A program made the translations under genes and the position numbers. 64,000 nucleotides of DNA from Candidatus Eremiobacteria bacterium. Its GTDB lineage: Bacteria; Vulcanimicrobiota; Vulcanimicrobiia; Vulcanimicrobiales; Vulcanimicrobiaceae. Below, piece after piece: positions 50,182 through 61,067 of the stretch. The stretch lies in assembly GCA_963758295.1 (NCBI GenBank), contig CAVWUU010000004.1, forward strand, positions 1,280,001 to 1,344,000. The letters run 5' to 3'. Positions within the stretch are counted from its first letter, which is position 1; each line of letters opens with the position of its first letter. The notes beneath the pieces are model-generated. The model was given only the letters and a program-made list of their open reading frames with translations, searched no databases and was not told where the DNA came from.

Positions 50182-50361
50182 TCAGTTCCAGCCGAGCGGC
50201 CAGATCTGCGGCTGGGCATCATCGTCCGACGGGATGCGGACGAGCGTGAACGGCCGGACCGGCTCGGGCGGAGCGACCTCGGTGTCGGGCGTGAGCCCAC
50301 CCGTTCCGAGCAAGGTCAGGAACGCCGCCGCCAACACGCCGATGATGAGATCGAGCCCCAC
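50182..50361 (-). CDS. Small single-TM hypothetical protein
   Basis: 59 aa with hydrophobic N-terminus LDLIIGVLAAAFLTLLG. Confidence 0.4.
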   Translation of the reverse strand: MGLDLIIGVLAAAFLTLLGTGGLTPDTEVAPPEPVRPFTLVRIPSDDDAQPQIWPLGWN

Positions 50362-50421
50362 GCACTGATTGTGCACCCTTCGCAGCAGGGCCGCAAGCAT
50401 CCGAGCACGGAGGGGACGCCG

Positions 50422-51285
50422 GTGCGCCGTTTGATCGTCACGGTCGACGACTTTGGACTTTCGATTCCGGTCAACGAGGCGATCGAGCGCGGCCACCGCG
50501 AGGGCATCGTGAGCGCGGCGAGCTTGATGGTCGCCGAGCCGGCCGCCGCCGACGCGGCGGCGCGCGCACGGGCGAACCCGGCGCTCGCGGTCGGCCTGCA
50601 CGTCGTCGTCGTCGCCGGACGCCCGCTGCTCCCGCCCGAACGCATCCCGGCGCTGGTCGGCGAGGACGGCATGCTCTCGAGCGACCTCACTCGGATCGGC
50701 GTGCGGTACTTCTTCAGCCGCGCCGTGCAGCGCCAGCTCGAAGCGGAGATCCGCGCGCAGTTCGAGGCGTTCGCCGCGACGAATCTTCCGTTCGATCACG
50801 TCAACGCCCAGTGCCACTACCATCTCCACCCCACCGTCCTGCGGCTGATCCTGAAGGTCGCGCGCGAGTTCGGCTCGCCGCCGATGCGGATCCCCGACGA
50901 GCCGTTTCTCCCCGGCTGGCGCGCCTCTCACGAGCATTTCGGTGCCCGCGTCGCCCAAGCGCTATTCTTCTCGCCGTTCCTGCGCATCATGAAGGCGCGG
51001 ATGCGCGCGCGCGGCGTCGCGCACAACGACCACGTCTTCGGCTTCAACGACACCGGCCGGATGACCGAGCCGCGCGTCCTCGGCTATTTGGCGCAGCTTC
51101 CCGAGGGCGCGACGGAGATGTACTTCCACGCCGCGACGGAACGCTGGCCGGGGATGGCTGCGGACCTCACGCCGTACCGCCTCGAGGACGAGTTCGCCGC
51201 GCTCGTCAGCCCGCGCGTCGTCGAGGCAGTGCGCGCGAACGGGATCGAACGGATCGCCTTCCGCGACCTCGCCCGTGCGCGCTGA
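50422..51285 (+). CDS. hpnK: Hopanoid biosynthesis-associated YdjC/ChbG family deacetylase
   Basis: LIVTVDDFGL, VNEAIE, SLMV, EIRAQFEAF, DHVNA..HYHLHP, EMYFH; adjacent to hpnI-like gene. Confidence 0.8.
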   Translation: MRRLIVTVDDFGLSIPVNEAIERGHREGIVSAASLMVAEPAAADAAARARANPALAVGLHVVVVAGRPLLPPERIPALVGEDGMLSSDLTRIGVRYFFSRAVQRQLEAEIRAQFEAFAATNLPFDHVNAQCHYHLHPTVLRLILKVAREFGSPPMRIPDEPFLPGWRASHEHFGARVAQALFFSPFLRIMKARMRARGVAHNDHVFGFNDTGRMTEPRVLGYLAQLPEGATEMYFHAATERWPGMAADLTPYRLEDEFAALVSPRVVEAVRANGIERIAFRDLARAR

Positions 51286-52477
51286 CGCGCGCGCGATCGC
51301 CGCGACGCTCGCGCTCGGCGCGACGGTCGCGAGCATCGGCTACACCGTCTTCGCCCTGACGCGGCTGCGCGCGTTCGAGCGCCGCATCCGCGAGCGCCCG
51401 CGCGCGCGATCGCACCCGCACGTGACCGTGCTGAAGCCGCTGCACGGTGACGAGCCGCAGCTCGCGGAGAACCTGCGCTCGTTCTGCGCACAGGACTATC
51501 CCGCGTTCGACGTGATCTTCACCGTCCGCGACGCGGACGACGGCGCGCTCGCGACCGCCAGGACGATCGCGGCGGAGTACCCGGAACGCGACGCGCGTCG
51601 TGATCGGCGACGTGCGGCACGGCGCTGGCCGGCGCGGGCGACGCACCACCAGACGCGCCGTATGTCAACCCGAAGATCGCGAACCTCGCGCCGGCGTTTC
51701 CGCTCGTCCGCGGCGAGATTCTGGCGATCGCCGACAGCGACATGCGCGTCGGGCCGGACTGGCTCGAAGCGGTCGCCGCGGCGTTCGACGACGAGGCCGT
51801 CGGCGCCGCGACGTGCCTGTACCGCGGCGAACCGGCCACGGGAAGCGTCGCCGACGCGCTCGGCGCGATGTGGATCACCGAGCAGTTCACCCCGTCGGCG
51901 CTCGCCGCGCACGCGCTCGAGCCGCTGCGCTACTGCTTCGGCGCGACGATGGCGGTGCGCCGCGACGTCTTCGCGGCGATCGGCGGGAGGCGCCGCGCTC
52001 GGCGCGCACATCGCCGACGACCACGTCCTCGGCCGGCTCGTCGCCGAGCACGGACGGCGCGTCGCGCTCGTGCCGTACGTCGTCGACGAACCTCGTCCAC
52101 GAAGCGCGGCCTGCGTGCGCTCGTCGCTGCACGAGCTGCGCTGGGCGCGCACCATCCGCAGCGTCCGCCCGGCGAGCTATCCGGGGATCGCGCTGACGTA
52201 TCCGCTGCCGCTCGCGGCGGCGGCCGTGCTGCTCGCCCGCGACAAACGCGTCGCGCTGCCGCTCCTCCTCGTCGCGGCGAGGCTGCGCCTCGGGCTGCAC
52301 GTGCGTGCCCGCGCGGCGCTCGGCGGCCACGACGGGCGACACGCCGCCTTGATCCCGCTGCGCGACCTGCTCGGCGCAGCCGTGTGGCTGTGCGGCTTTC
52401 TCGGCGGCGCGGTGCTGTGGCGCGGCGCCGCTATCGCGATCGCGCGCGACGGCTCGCTGCCTCGGGCGAAACGCTGA
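51275..52477 (+). CDS. hpnI: Hopanoid glycosyltransferase HpnI-like, GT2/GT21 (frameshifted)
   Basis: VTVLKPLHG.E, SFCAQDYP, NPKIANL, ADSD, FGATMA, IADD, ELRWARTIR. Confidence 0.8.
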   Translation: MRADARAIAATLALGATVASIGYTVFALTRLRAFERRIRERPRARSHPHVTVLKPLHGDEPQLAENLRSFCAQDYPAFDVIFTVRDADDGALATARTIAAEYPERDARRDRRRAARRWPARATHHQTRRMSTRRSRTSRRRFRSSAARFWRSPTATCASGRTGSKRSPRRSTTRPSAPRRACTAANRPREASPTRSARCGSPSSSPRRRSPRTRSSRCATASARRWRCAATSSRRSAGGAALGAHIADDHVLGRLVAEHGRRVALVPYVVDEPRPRSAACVRSSLHELRWARTIRSVRPASYPGIALTYPLPLAAAAVLLARDKRVALPLLLVAARLRLGLHVRARAALGGHDGRHAALIPLRDLLGAAVWLCGFLGGAVLWRGAAIAIARDGSLPRAKR

Positions 52478-52490
52478 ATGCGATCGCGCG

Positions 52491-53901
52491 TCAGGCGCCG
52501 ATGAGGTCGATCAGCGCCGGGACGAGCGGTTCGGCCGCACCGTCGTAGCGCGCGGCACGGGCGACGCACGTTCCACGGACGCCCCACACCGAGGCGCTCT
52601 CGACCCGCACGTCGGCCCACGGACGTTCCAGATCGGGCGTCGTCTCGATCAGCGGAAAGTTCACCGTGACGTTGTCCGTCGTCTTGGCGCTGAGCTTCGC
52701 CTTGTCTTTGCGCGACGGGCCATGGATCAGCGCGCGCACCGTCGTGCCGACTTTTCGCTGGTGATACGCCGTCACCGCGGCGTCTTGCACCGCGACGAGG
52801 CGTTTGAAGCGCTCCGCCGCGACGTCGGACGCTATGGGCTCCTTCGCGTGCCACACCGCCGCCGGCGTTCCGCGGCGCGGTGAGTAGACGAACATGTACG
52901 CCTGCGCGAAGATCCCCGTCGCGCACAGATCGAGCGTGCGCTGGTGGTCCGCCTCCGTTTCGCCGGGGAAGCCGACGAGCAGGTCGGTGGTGATCGCCCA
53001 CGCGGGATTGTGCGCTTTGAACGTGCCGACGCGGTCGAGGAACTCTTCGATCGTGTACTTGCGGTTCATCCGCCGCAGCAGCGGGTTCGACGCCGACTGC
53101 AGCGCGAGGTGGAAGCGCGGGTTCATCTTCGGCAGCCGCGCGCAGACCCGAGCCAGCTTCTCGTTCAGATCCTTCGGGTGCGAGCTGATGAACCCGACGC
53201 GCTCGACCGCGTCGATCGCGCAGATCGCTTCGAGCAGGTCTGCGAAGTCCGCGCCGGTCGCCGGCTCCTTGTAGGCGTTCACCGTCTGACCGACCAGCAT
53301 GATCTCACGCGCACCGGCCGTCGATTTGAGGCGAACGTCGTCGAGGATGTCGCGCATCGGGCGGTGGTCGAAGCGACCGCGGACGTGCGGGACGATGCAG
53401 AACGTGCAGTAGTACGAACAGCCTCGCTGCACGGTGACGAAGCCGCGCAGCGCGTCGTACGGTCCGGCGATCCCTTCACCGGCCCCGCCGAGCAGCGTGT
53501 CGATCTCGCGGTCGACGCGTCAGATCGTCGTCAGGATACTCATCTCGCCACGAGGCGAGCGCATCGCCGAGCGCGCCCAGCTCGCGCGTGCCGAAGACGC
53601 CGTCGACGTGCGGCACGACGGTCCGCATACGGTCTTTGTCCTGTTCCGCCAGACAGCCGGTCACCACGACCTTCACCGACGGATCGGCGTCCTTGACGGC
53701 CTTCCAGTGCGCGATGCGCCCGTACGCGCGCCGCTCCGCGTTGTCGCGCACCGTGCACGTGTTGAGCACCAGCACCGAGGCGTCTTCGGGCCGTTCCGCC
53801 AGCGTGAAGCCGGCCGACAGCGCGCGGCGCGCGATGTCCTGCGAGTCGGCGTCGTTCATCTGACACCCGTGCGTCTCGATGTAAATCTGCGGCACGGTCA
53901 A
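52491..53901 (-). CDS. miaB: tRNA methylthiotransferase MiaB (frameshifted)
   Basis: THGCQMN, NTCTVR, GCSYYCTFCIVP, VGFPGET, YSPRRGT. Confidence 0.93.
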
Positions 53902-53927
53902 GCGGTCTCGATGGAGATCTGCGGCAC

Positions 53928-54657
53928 TTACGGCGTTCCTGCGGTGAGCGTGGTGAGCAGGTCGAGCGGTAGGTAGAGGCGGTTCCCGATCTGGGTCGGG
54001 GCTTCCGCGTAGTCGACGTTCTTGCCGTCGACGCGATAGACCGTTTCGCCGAACCGCGCGACGATCTCGTGGCTGCGGAAGCGCACGACGATCTTCGGTC
54101 CGTCGATGCGGATCGCGCTCGCCGGCACGTAGCCGTCGGCCGGGGCGAGGACGCTCGGGCGCTGGGGCTCGCCTCCGGCGTCAGCACGACGTCGGTGCGC
54201 GTCTGCGGCCACACGGTGACGTCCGCGTGATCCGGCCCTGCCGCGTACGGACGGCGAGCTCGTGGGTGCCGGCCGGCGCGGCGAACGCGCCGTCCTTCGC
54301 GGCACGGACCGGCACGCCGTCGAGCGTGACGCCGCGCGAGGGGACGCCGCGCACCGCGATCGAGCCCGCGCGCGCGGCCGGCCTGCCTGCGGCGCGATCG
54401 AGCTGCGTCGAGCTGAGCGTCGTCTGCCCGCCGGCGACGTTGACGTCGACCTGCTGCGGCGTCCAGCCCGCCATCGCGAGGCCACGCTGTGGCGGCCGGT
54501 CCCGAGCGCGTCGAGGACGAGCGGGCTGCGGCCCACGTAGGTCCCGTCGATCCAGACGTCGGCACCGCTTGGTAGCGTCGTCACGTAGAGCGAACCGGTC
54601 GACGACGGCGGCGAGGAGCAGAGCGCACGCGGCCAGCGCCGCGAGGCGACGGAGCAT
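53928..54657 (-). CDS. Secreted PEGA domain plus copper-amine-oxidase N-terminal-like (stalk) protein (frameshifted)
   Basis: Signal peptide; [21 protein letters not shown]-terminal [12 protein letters not shown]. Confidence 0.65.
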
Positions 54658-54679
54658 ATCGATGGAAGCTTGGGCGGTC

Positions 54680-56059
54680 ATGGCCGAAGCCCTCGCACCT
54701 TCCCTCCGCGTCCGGCCGGCGACCGTCGCGGTCGTCGGCCGCCCCAACGTCGGGAAGAGCGCCCTGTTCAACCGGCTCCTCGGCCAGCGCCTGGCGATCG
54801 TCGAGGATACCCCCGGCGTCACGCGCGACCGCCTCTACGGGCTGACCGAGTGGCGCGGGCGAGGTTCACCCTGGTCGACACCGGCGGGATCGAGACCGAG
54901 ATCGACCCGGCCGACGCGATCGCGCAGGGGACGCAGGCGCAGGCAGAGTCCGCCGCGCGCGACGCCGACCTCATCGTGTTCGTCGTCGACGCGCAGGACG
55001 GGATGACGGCCGTCGATCACGACGTCGCGCAGATTCTGCGCCGCACGCGCCGCCCGGTGCTGCTCGCCGCGAACAAGATCGAGTCGCCGCGTGCCGCCGC
55101 GTCGATCCACGCGGAGTTCAGCGGCCTCGGATTCGGCGAGCCGTACGGCGTCTCGGCGCTGCACGGCGAAGGCACCGGCGATCTGCTCGACGCGATCGTC
55201 GAACGGCTCCCGCCGGAGGATCCGGAGAACGTCGGCGAAGCGGAGCTCTCGCTCGCGCTGATCGGGCAGCCGAACGTCGGCAAGTCGTCGCTGCTCAACG
55301 CGCTGCTGAACGAAGAGCGCGCGATCGTCTCCGACGTCCCGGGAACGACGCGCGACGCGATCGATACGCTCTTCCTCTGGAGAGGCCGGACGTTCCGGCT
55401 GATCGACACCGCCGGCGTGCGCAAGAAGGCGACGCATCACGGCGCGATCGAGTACTACTCCTCGCTGCGCTCGCTCAAAGCGATCTCGCGCGCCGACATC
55501 GTGATCTTGCTCGTCGACGCGCTGAAAGGGCCGACGAATCAGGATCGCCGGCTCGCCGGCATCGCGCTCGAGGAGCGCAAAGGCCTGGTGATCGTCGGCA
55601 ACAAGTACGATCTCGTGCGCGAGCTCGGCGAGTTCAGCCAGAACGAGCTGGCGAACGAGATCCACGCGCAGATGCCGTTCGCGTCGTTCGCGCCGGTGAC
55701 GTTCCTCTCGGCGAAAACGAAACGCCGGCTGCAGAGCCTGATGCCGCTCGTCGAGAAGGTCGCGGAGAACCTCGACCGCCGCATCCCGACCGCGACGGCT
55801 GAACACCGTCGTGCGCGACGCGGTGCTCGCGCACCCGCCGCCGATCACTCCGGGAAGCCGCTCAAGATCCTCTACGTCTCGCAGCCGCAGACGCATCCGC
55901 CGCTGTTCGTCTTCCACGTCAACGATCCGGAGCTCGTCCCCGCGTCGTACCGGCGCTTCATCGAGAACACGCTGCGCGCGGAGTTCGATTTCGAGGGCGT
56001 TCCGCTGACGCTTCGAGTTCCGCTCGCGGCGCGACGAGCCGCACGAGGAAGCGCCGTGA
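54680..56059 (+). CDS. der: Ribosome biogenesis GTPase Der (frameshifted; end approximate)
   Basis: Two G domains: GRPNVGKS / PGVTRDR / DTGG and GQPNVGKS / GTTRD / DTAG; KH-like FDFEGVP. Confidence 0.95.
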
Positions 56060-56066
56060 ACGCGCG

Positions 56067-56669
56067 GTGCTGCTGCTCGCGTGCGTCGCCGTGGTCGCGT
56101 TCGCCGTCGGCGCGATCCCGTTCGGCGTCCTCGTCTCGCGCACGTTCTACGGGACGGACATCCGCAGCGCGGGCAGCGGAAACATCGGTGCGGCCAACGC
56201 ACTGCGCACGCTCGGGCGGCGCGGCGCCGCGGCGGTGCTCGTCCTCGACGCGCTGAAGGGCTTTGCCCCGACGCTCGCCGCCGGCGCGCTCGGCGGCCCG
56301 CTCGCCGGCGCCGTCGCCGCACTCGCCTCGGTCGCAGGGCACTGCTGGTCGCCCTTCCTCGGCGGCAAGGGCGGGAAGGGCGTCGCGACGCACTTCGGCG
56401 CGCTGTTCGCGCTGTGGTGGCCGGCCGGGTTCGCCTTCGCGCTGGTCTGGCTGGCCGTGGTGCTGGCGAGCGGCTTCGCCTCACTGGGCTCGATGCTCGC
56501 GTCGATCGCGATGGCGGCCGTGCTGTGGTTCGGGCTCGGAACGGTCGGGCTGGTCTACGGGATCGTCTCGGCGCTCTTGATCGTCGTGCGCCACCGCGAG
56601 AACCTCGAACGCTTGCGTCGCGGGACGGAGAACCGGCTCTCGCTCTTGAAAGCCGGCCGGTCGTCGTGA
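56067..56669 (+). CDS. plsY: Glycerol-3-phosphate acyltransferase
   Basis: DIRSAGSGNIGAAN, DALKG, GGKGVAT, HRENL. Confidence 0.94.
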   Translation: MLLLACVAVVAFAVGAIPFGVLVSRTFYGTDIRSAGSGNIGAANALRTLGRRGAAAVLVLDALKGFAPTLAAGALGGPLAGAVAALASVAGHCWSPFLGGKGGKGVATHFGALFALWWPAGFAFALVWLAVVLASGFASLGSMLASIAMAAVLWFGLGTVGLVYGIVSALLIVVRHRENLERLRRGTENRLSLLKAGRSS

Positions 56670-56724
56670 CGGCCGTGCCTGCGGAGTTGGTGCGGCGTTT
56701 TTTGGAGAAGAGCCTCAACCATCA

Positions 56725-57289
56725 ATGATCTCATCGAACGATTTCAGAAACGGCGTCACGATCGTCATCGACGGTCAGTTGTGGACCGTCATCGAGTTCC
56801 TGCACGTCAAACCCGGCAAGGGTTCGGCGTTCGTGCGCACGCGCCTGAAGAACGTGAAGTCCGGCGCGACCGTCGAACGCACGTTCCGGGCCGGTGAAAA
56901 GCTCGAGCGCGCGACGGTCGACAACCGCGAGATGCAGATGCTCTACAACGACGCCGACGGCTACCATTTCATGGACAACGAGACCTACGAGAACGTCACG
57001 CTGCAGCGCGACGTCCTCGGCGAACCGGCCGACTTCCTGAAAGACGGGATGCGCATCGACGTGCAGTTTCACGACGGCACCGCGATCGGCGCGAACCTGC
57101 CGGCGCACGTCGAGCTGCGCGTGGAGGAGACGGATCCCGGGATTCAAAGGCGACACCGCGACCGGGACGACGAAGCCGGCGAAGCTCGAGACCGGCGCGA
57201 GCGTGCAGGTCCCGCTGTTCGTGAATCCGGGCGACGTCATCCGCATCGACACGCGCGACCGGCGCTACATCGGGCGCGTCCAGAGCTGA
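56725..57289 (+). CDS. efp: Elongation factor P (frameshift near 57140)
   Basis: [32 protein letters not shown] in the next frame. Confidence 0.95.
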
Positions 57290-57310
57290 GGCCGGCGCGC
57301 TGAGCGCGCG

Positions 57311-58087
57311 ATGCGCGGCGGGATGACGACGGGCGAAGCGCTGGTGCTGTTCGCGGTCGGCACCGCGGCGAGCGTCTTCGGCTCGCTGGTCGGGCTCGGC
57401 GGCGGCTTCGTCGTCGTGCCGGTCCTGCGCATCGCGTTCGGCGTTGCGCCGGCGACCGCCGCGGCGACCTCGCTGGTGATGGTGTTCGCGAATACCGCGA
57501 GCGCGACGTTCGGGTACTTGCGCGACCGGCGCGTCGATCTGCGCGTCGCGCTTCCGTTCACCGCCGGTGCGGTCCCGGGCGGGATCGCCGGCGCGCTCGC
57601 GGTGCGCGGCGCCTCGCCGCAAGCGTTCGACGTCGCGTACGGGATCGTGATGGTCGTGCTCGCGATCCTCGTCCTGCGCCGCCGGGCGCTGACCTCGCGC
57701 GCCGAGCACGAGCGAACCTTCGCGCACGACCCGCGGTTCGGCGTCCTCGCCGGCCTCCCGCTGGGATTCTTCTCCTCGTTTTTCGGGATCGGCGGCGGCG
57801 TCATCTCGATCCCGGTGCTGCTGATCGGGGCGCGGATGGCGCCGCACGTCGTCACCGCGACGACGGCGTTCGTCGTGACGACGACCTCGCCGATCGGAAT
57901 CGCGACGCACGCGCTGCGCGGCGACGTCGACTGGGCCGCCGCGGTCCCGCTCGCGCTAGGCGGGCTCGTCGGCGGCGCGATCGGACCGCGGCTCGCCCGG
58001 CGCGTCTCTTCGCCGCTGCTGATCACGCTCGTCGCCTACGCGTTCATCCTCGCCGCGCTCGGGCTGGTGATCCGGCACCTGCGCTGA
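57311..58087 (+). CDS. TauE/SafE (TSUP) family transporter
   Basis: GLGGG and GIGGG repeats, ATS motifs, about 8 TM helices. Confidence 0.88.
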   Translation: MRGGMTTGEALVLFAVGTAASVFGSLVGLGGGFVVVPVLRIAFGVAPATAAATSLVMVFANTASATFGYLRDRRVDLRVALPFTAGAVPGGIAGALAVRGASPQAFDVAYGIVMVVLAILVLRRRALTSRAEHERTFAHDPRFGVLAGLPLGFFSSFFGIGGGVISIPVLLIGARMAPHVVTATTAFVVTTTSPIGIATHALRGDVDWAAAVPLALGGLVGGAIGPRLARRVSSPLLITLVAYAFILAALGLVIRHLR

Positions 58088-58145
58088 GCCGCCGCCGCCG
58101 TGATCACGGCGGGAGGCCGTCCGTGACGCGGGGTACGGTTCGGGC

Positions 58146-58833
58146 ATGAAGACGAGGAAGGGCTTTCTCGCGACCGGCGCCGCGGCCGCATGGGCGGCGG
58201 GTGCGGGCGCGACGGTCGGCGCCGGCGTGCCGTCGGAAGCGTTCGCGCAGGGCGGCGGGATCGTCGACTTGGCGGCATTCGTCGCGCGGATCCGCACCGG
58301 CGCCCGTCATCGTCAGGCGATCGGCGCCGTGCGCATCGCCGACGGCGCGGTGCTGCAGTTCGCAGTCAACTCGCTGAACGGTTTCGAGAACGGCTGGGGC
58401 GTCCCGCCGAGCGACGTGCACCTCGCGATCGTGCTCGCCGGATCGGCCGTGACGATCGCGCTGGACGACACGGTGTGGCACGTGCATCACCTTCCGGAGA
58501 TCGGTGCACAACGTGGCGAGCGAGTTTCTGACGCTGAACGCGCAAGGGAACCCGTTTGCGCACCGTTCCACGACGCTCGGAGCCAACGCCGACCGGTCCG
58601 TACCGGCGTTGCAGGAACGCGGGGTGGCGTTCTTCGCCTGCAACACCGCGCTCGGCGACGTGGCGAACCGCATCATGGCCGGCGGCTTCGGCGGCGACGC
58701 GCCGAACGCGTCGACGCTGCAAGGCCACCTGCGCGAGCACGTCCTCCCGGGCATCACCGTCGTCCCCGCCGGGATCAGCGCGCTCGCCGTCCTCCAAGAG
58801 AACGGCTACAGCTACTACAGCGCCGCTCTCTAG
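58146..58833 (+). CDS. Tat-like exported DsrE-fold protein (frameshift near 58500)
   Basis: TRKGFL signal; NSLNG, LQERGVAFFACNTA, VVPAG..AL..LQENGYSY. Confidence 0.65.
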
Positions 58834-58845
58834 CGTGTCGGGCGT

Positions 58846-59305
58846 TCAGGCGCGGTGGAGGAGCGTGTCGAGCTTGTCGAGGCTCTGGGTCCAGCCCTCG
58901 TGCATCCCGCCGAGCGCGAACGCGGCTTCCGGCGTCGCGCGCGTGACGAACGCGAGCAGCGTCACTTCGGTCTTGCCGTCGCGCTCGGCAAACGTGATCA
59001 CCTGGTGGATGTCGAACGCGACGTTGCCGGGATGCTCGACCGACGTGTTCCAGACGATTCGCTCGGGCTCGACGACCTCTTCGTACACCGCTTCCATCGG
59101 GTACAGCGCGCCGTCCGGACCTCGCATCGTGATGCGCAGCGTCCCGCCCGGCGCGAACGTCGGCGTCGCACACCGGATTGCTGAAGCCCTTCGGGCCGAA
59201 CCACTGCCGCAGATGATCGGTCTGCGTGAACGCCGCCCACACGAGCGCGCGCGGTGCGTCGAACACGCGCACGATCGTCATGTCGGGGCTAGTCGTGTCG
59301 GGCAC
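58846..59305 (-). CDS. SRPBCC/AHSA1 domain protein (frameshifted)
   Basis: RVFDAPRALVW.AFT....L.QWFGP; YEEVVEPERIV; GWTQSLDKL. Confidence 0.88.
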
Positions 59306-59651
59306 GTTTCGTCTCCTTCGCTTTGAGCTCGGTGAGGTAGTCGTCGAGTCGATCGAAGCGCTCGTCCCAGAACCGGCGGTAGTCGTCGAGCCACGCCGCG
59401 ACCTCGCGCATCGGGCCGGCGTCGAGCCGGCACGGCCGCCACTGGGCCGACCGCCCGCGCACGATCAGGCCGGCCCGCTCGAGCACCTTCAAATGCTTCG
59501 AGACGGCGGGAAGGGTCATCCGGAACGGCTTTGCCAGCTCGCCCACCGAGGTTTCGCCGTCGGCGAGGCGGGCGAGAATCGCTCGCCGGGTCGGATCGGC
59601 CAGCGCCGAGAGCGTCGCGCTCAGCGCGTCGGATGCTGCTTGCTGAACCAT
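59289..59651 (-). CDS. ArsR family regulator
   Basis: ALADPTRRAILARL, VSKHLKVLERAGL. Confidence 0.93.
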   Translation of the reverse strand: MVQQAASDALSATLSALADPTRRAILARLADGETSVGELAKPFRMTLPAVSKHLKVLERAGLIVRGRSAQWRPCRLDAGPMREVAAWLDDYRRFWDERFDRLDDYLTELKAKETKRARHD

Positions 59652-59717
59652 GTCGTTAAATAACCTATAGGTATAGTACGCCGCGCGCGCGCCGGCGTCA
59701 AGGGGGCGCGCGCCGGT

Positions 59718-60236
59718 TCAGCGGCCGGCGCGCGCCGCGCGGCCGAGCTCGACTTCGCGCATCTCGACGACTTCGAACGCGATCAGCGGCTTGCGGCAGC
59801 GCGCGCACACGAGATTCGGCGAGGGCTTCTTGCGGCGCAGTACTTCCATCGTGCACTTCGTGCAGCGCACGATGTAGCGCTTCGTGGACTCGTTGAGCGG
59901 CGTGGCTGTGCCGAGGTCATGATAGATCGAGCGCAGCCCGAGCTCGCGCATCTTCTTCTTGAACGTCGCGGTGTGTCCGGGGTTCTGCCCGCGCGCGTGC
60001 AGCCACGCGTGGATCATCTCGTGCAGCAGCGTCTCGCGCAGCTCGTCCTCTTTCCCCTTGAGATGCTTCGGCGAGAGCTCGATCAGCGGCGGCTTGTAGG
60101 TGATGCGGCCGGCGAGATTCGAGAAGCGCGCGTTGTACGCGATGCGATACGACGGGATCTCGCCGTCGAAATACATGAAGTTGTACTGCGCGAACACGAG
60201 CTGGAGCTCGGCGACGTCGGGGAGACCCGGGAGCAT
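59718..60236 (-). CDS. SprT-like zinc metalloprotease domain protein
   Basis: TLLHEMIH, GH...F, C-terminal CTKC...CARC. Confidence 0.88.
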   Translation of the reverse strand: MLPGLPDVAELQLVFAQYNFMYFDGEIPSYRIAYNARFSNLAGRITYKPPLIELSPKHLKGKEDELRETLLHEMIHAWLHARGQNPGHTATFKKKMRELGLRSIYHDLGTATPLNESTKRYIVRCTKCTMEVLRRKKPSPNLVCARCRKPLIAFEVVEMREVELGRAARAGR

Positions 60237-60263
60237 GAACGCCGATTCGCCAAGTCTGCCGGC

Positions 60264-60976
60264 GTGGGACTTCCTCCTCGGATCGCCGTGCCGATCCTCG
60301 TCGCGTTCGCCGTCGTGTTCCTCGGGGTGATGGGATATTTGCTGCGGGTCGGCTTCGGCACGACCGGTTCGGCGTTCGGACCGAGCGGAACGGTCGCCGA
60401 GCAAGGCGACGCGCGCATCGCGGCGACGCCGGCGCCGATCGCGACCGATCCGCCCGGAACGTTCACCGTCCCGCAGACCGGTACGGGGCCGATCGGCGGC
60501 GGCTCGAACGCGCTCCCGGGCGCCTCGACCGGCGGGGGCACCGCGGCCGGCGGACCGCCCGCCGCGTGATGCAGGAGCTGACGGCGCTGCGCGCGCGGCT
60601 CGCGCGCAATCCGAACGATCTCGCCGCGCTCGTCCAGTTCGGCGACATGGAGTTCGACGCGCAGAAGTTCGACAAGGCCGAGGAGTACTTCGCGCGCGCG
60701 CTCGCGCTCGATCCCGGCAATCCGGACGTCCGCACGGACTACGCGACCGCGCTGCACGAAAGCGGCCGCGATCTTCCCGCGCTCGCGCAGCTCGACCGCG
60801 TGCTGAAAGAACGCCCCGGCTTCCGCGCCGCGCTGTTCAACCGCGGCGTCGTGCTGCAGGCGATCGGGCGGCGCACCGACGCGACCGCCGATTTTCGCGC
60901 CTATCTCAAACACGCCGGCCCCGACGACGAGCGCGCGGCGAACGCGCGCGCAGCATTGCAGCAGCTGCGAAGCTAG
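60264..60976 (+). CDS. Membrane-anchored TPR protein (frameshift near 60565)
   Basis: N-terminal TM helix, Gly/Pro linker, TPR motifs ALALDPGN and ALFNRG. Confidence 0.7.
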
Positions 60977-61067
60977 CGCGGGTTCGTTTCCCGCCCGCTC
61001 CAGCCGCAGCGTTCTCGCACCACCGCGGGCATCGCATGCAACGGATGCGGTGACCCGTGGTCTTTCG

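Noticed and set aside
56725..57303. Programmed frameshifting in efp, der or mutS
   Set aside because: No consistent slippery sites; indels are scattered across unrelated genes
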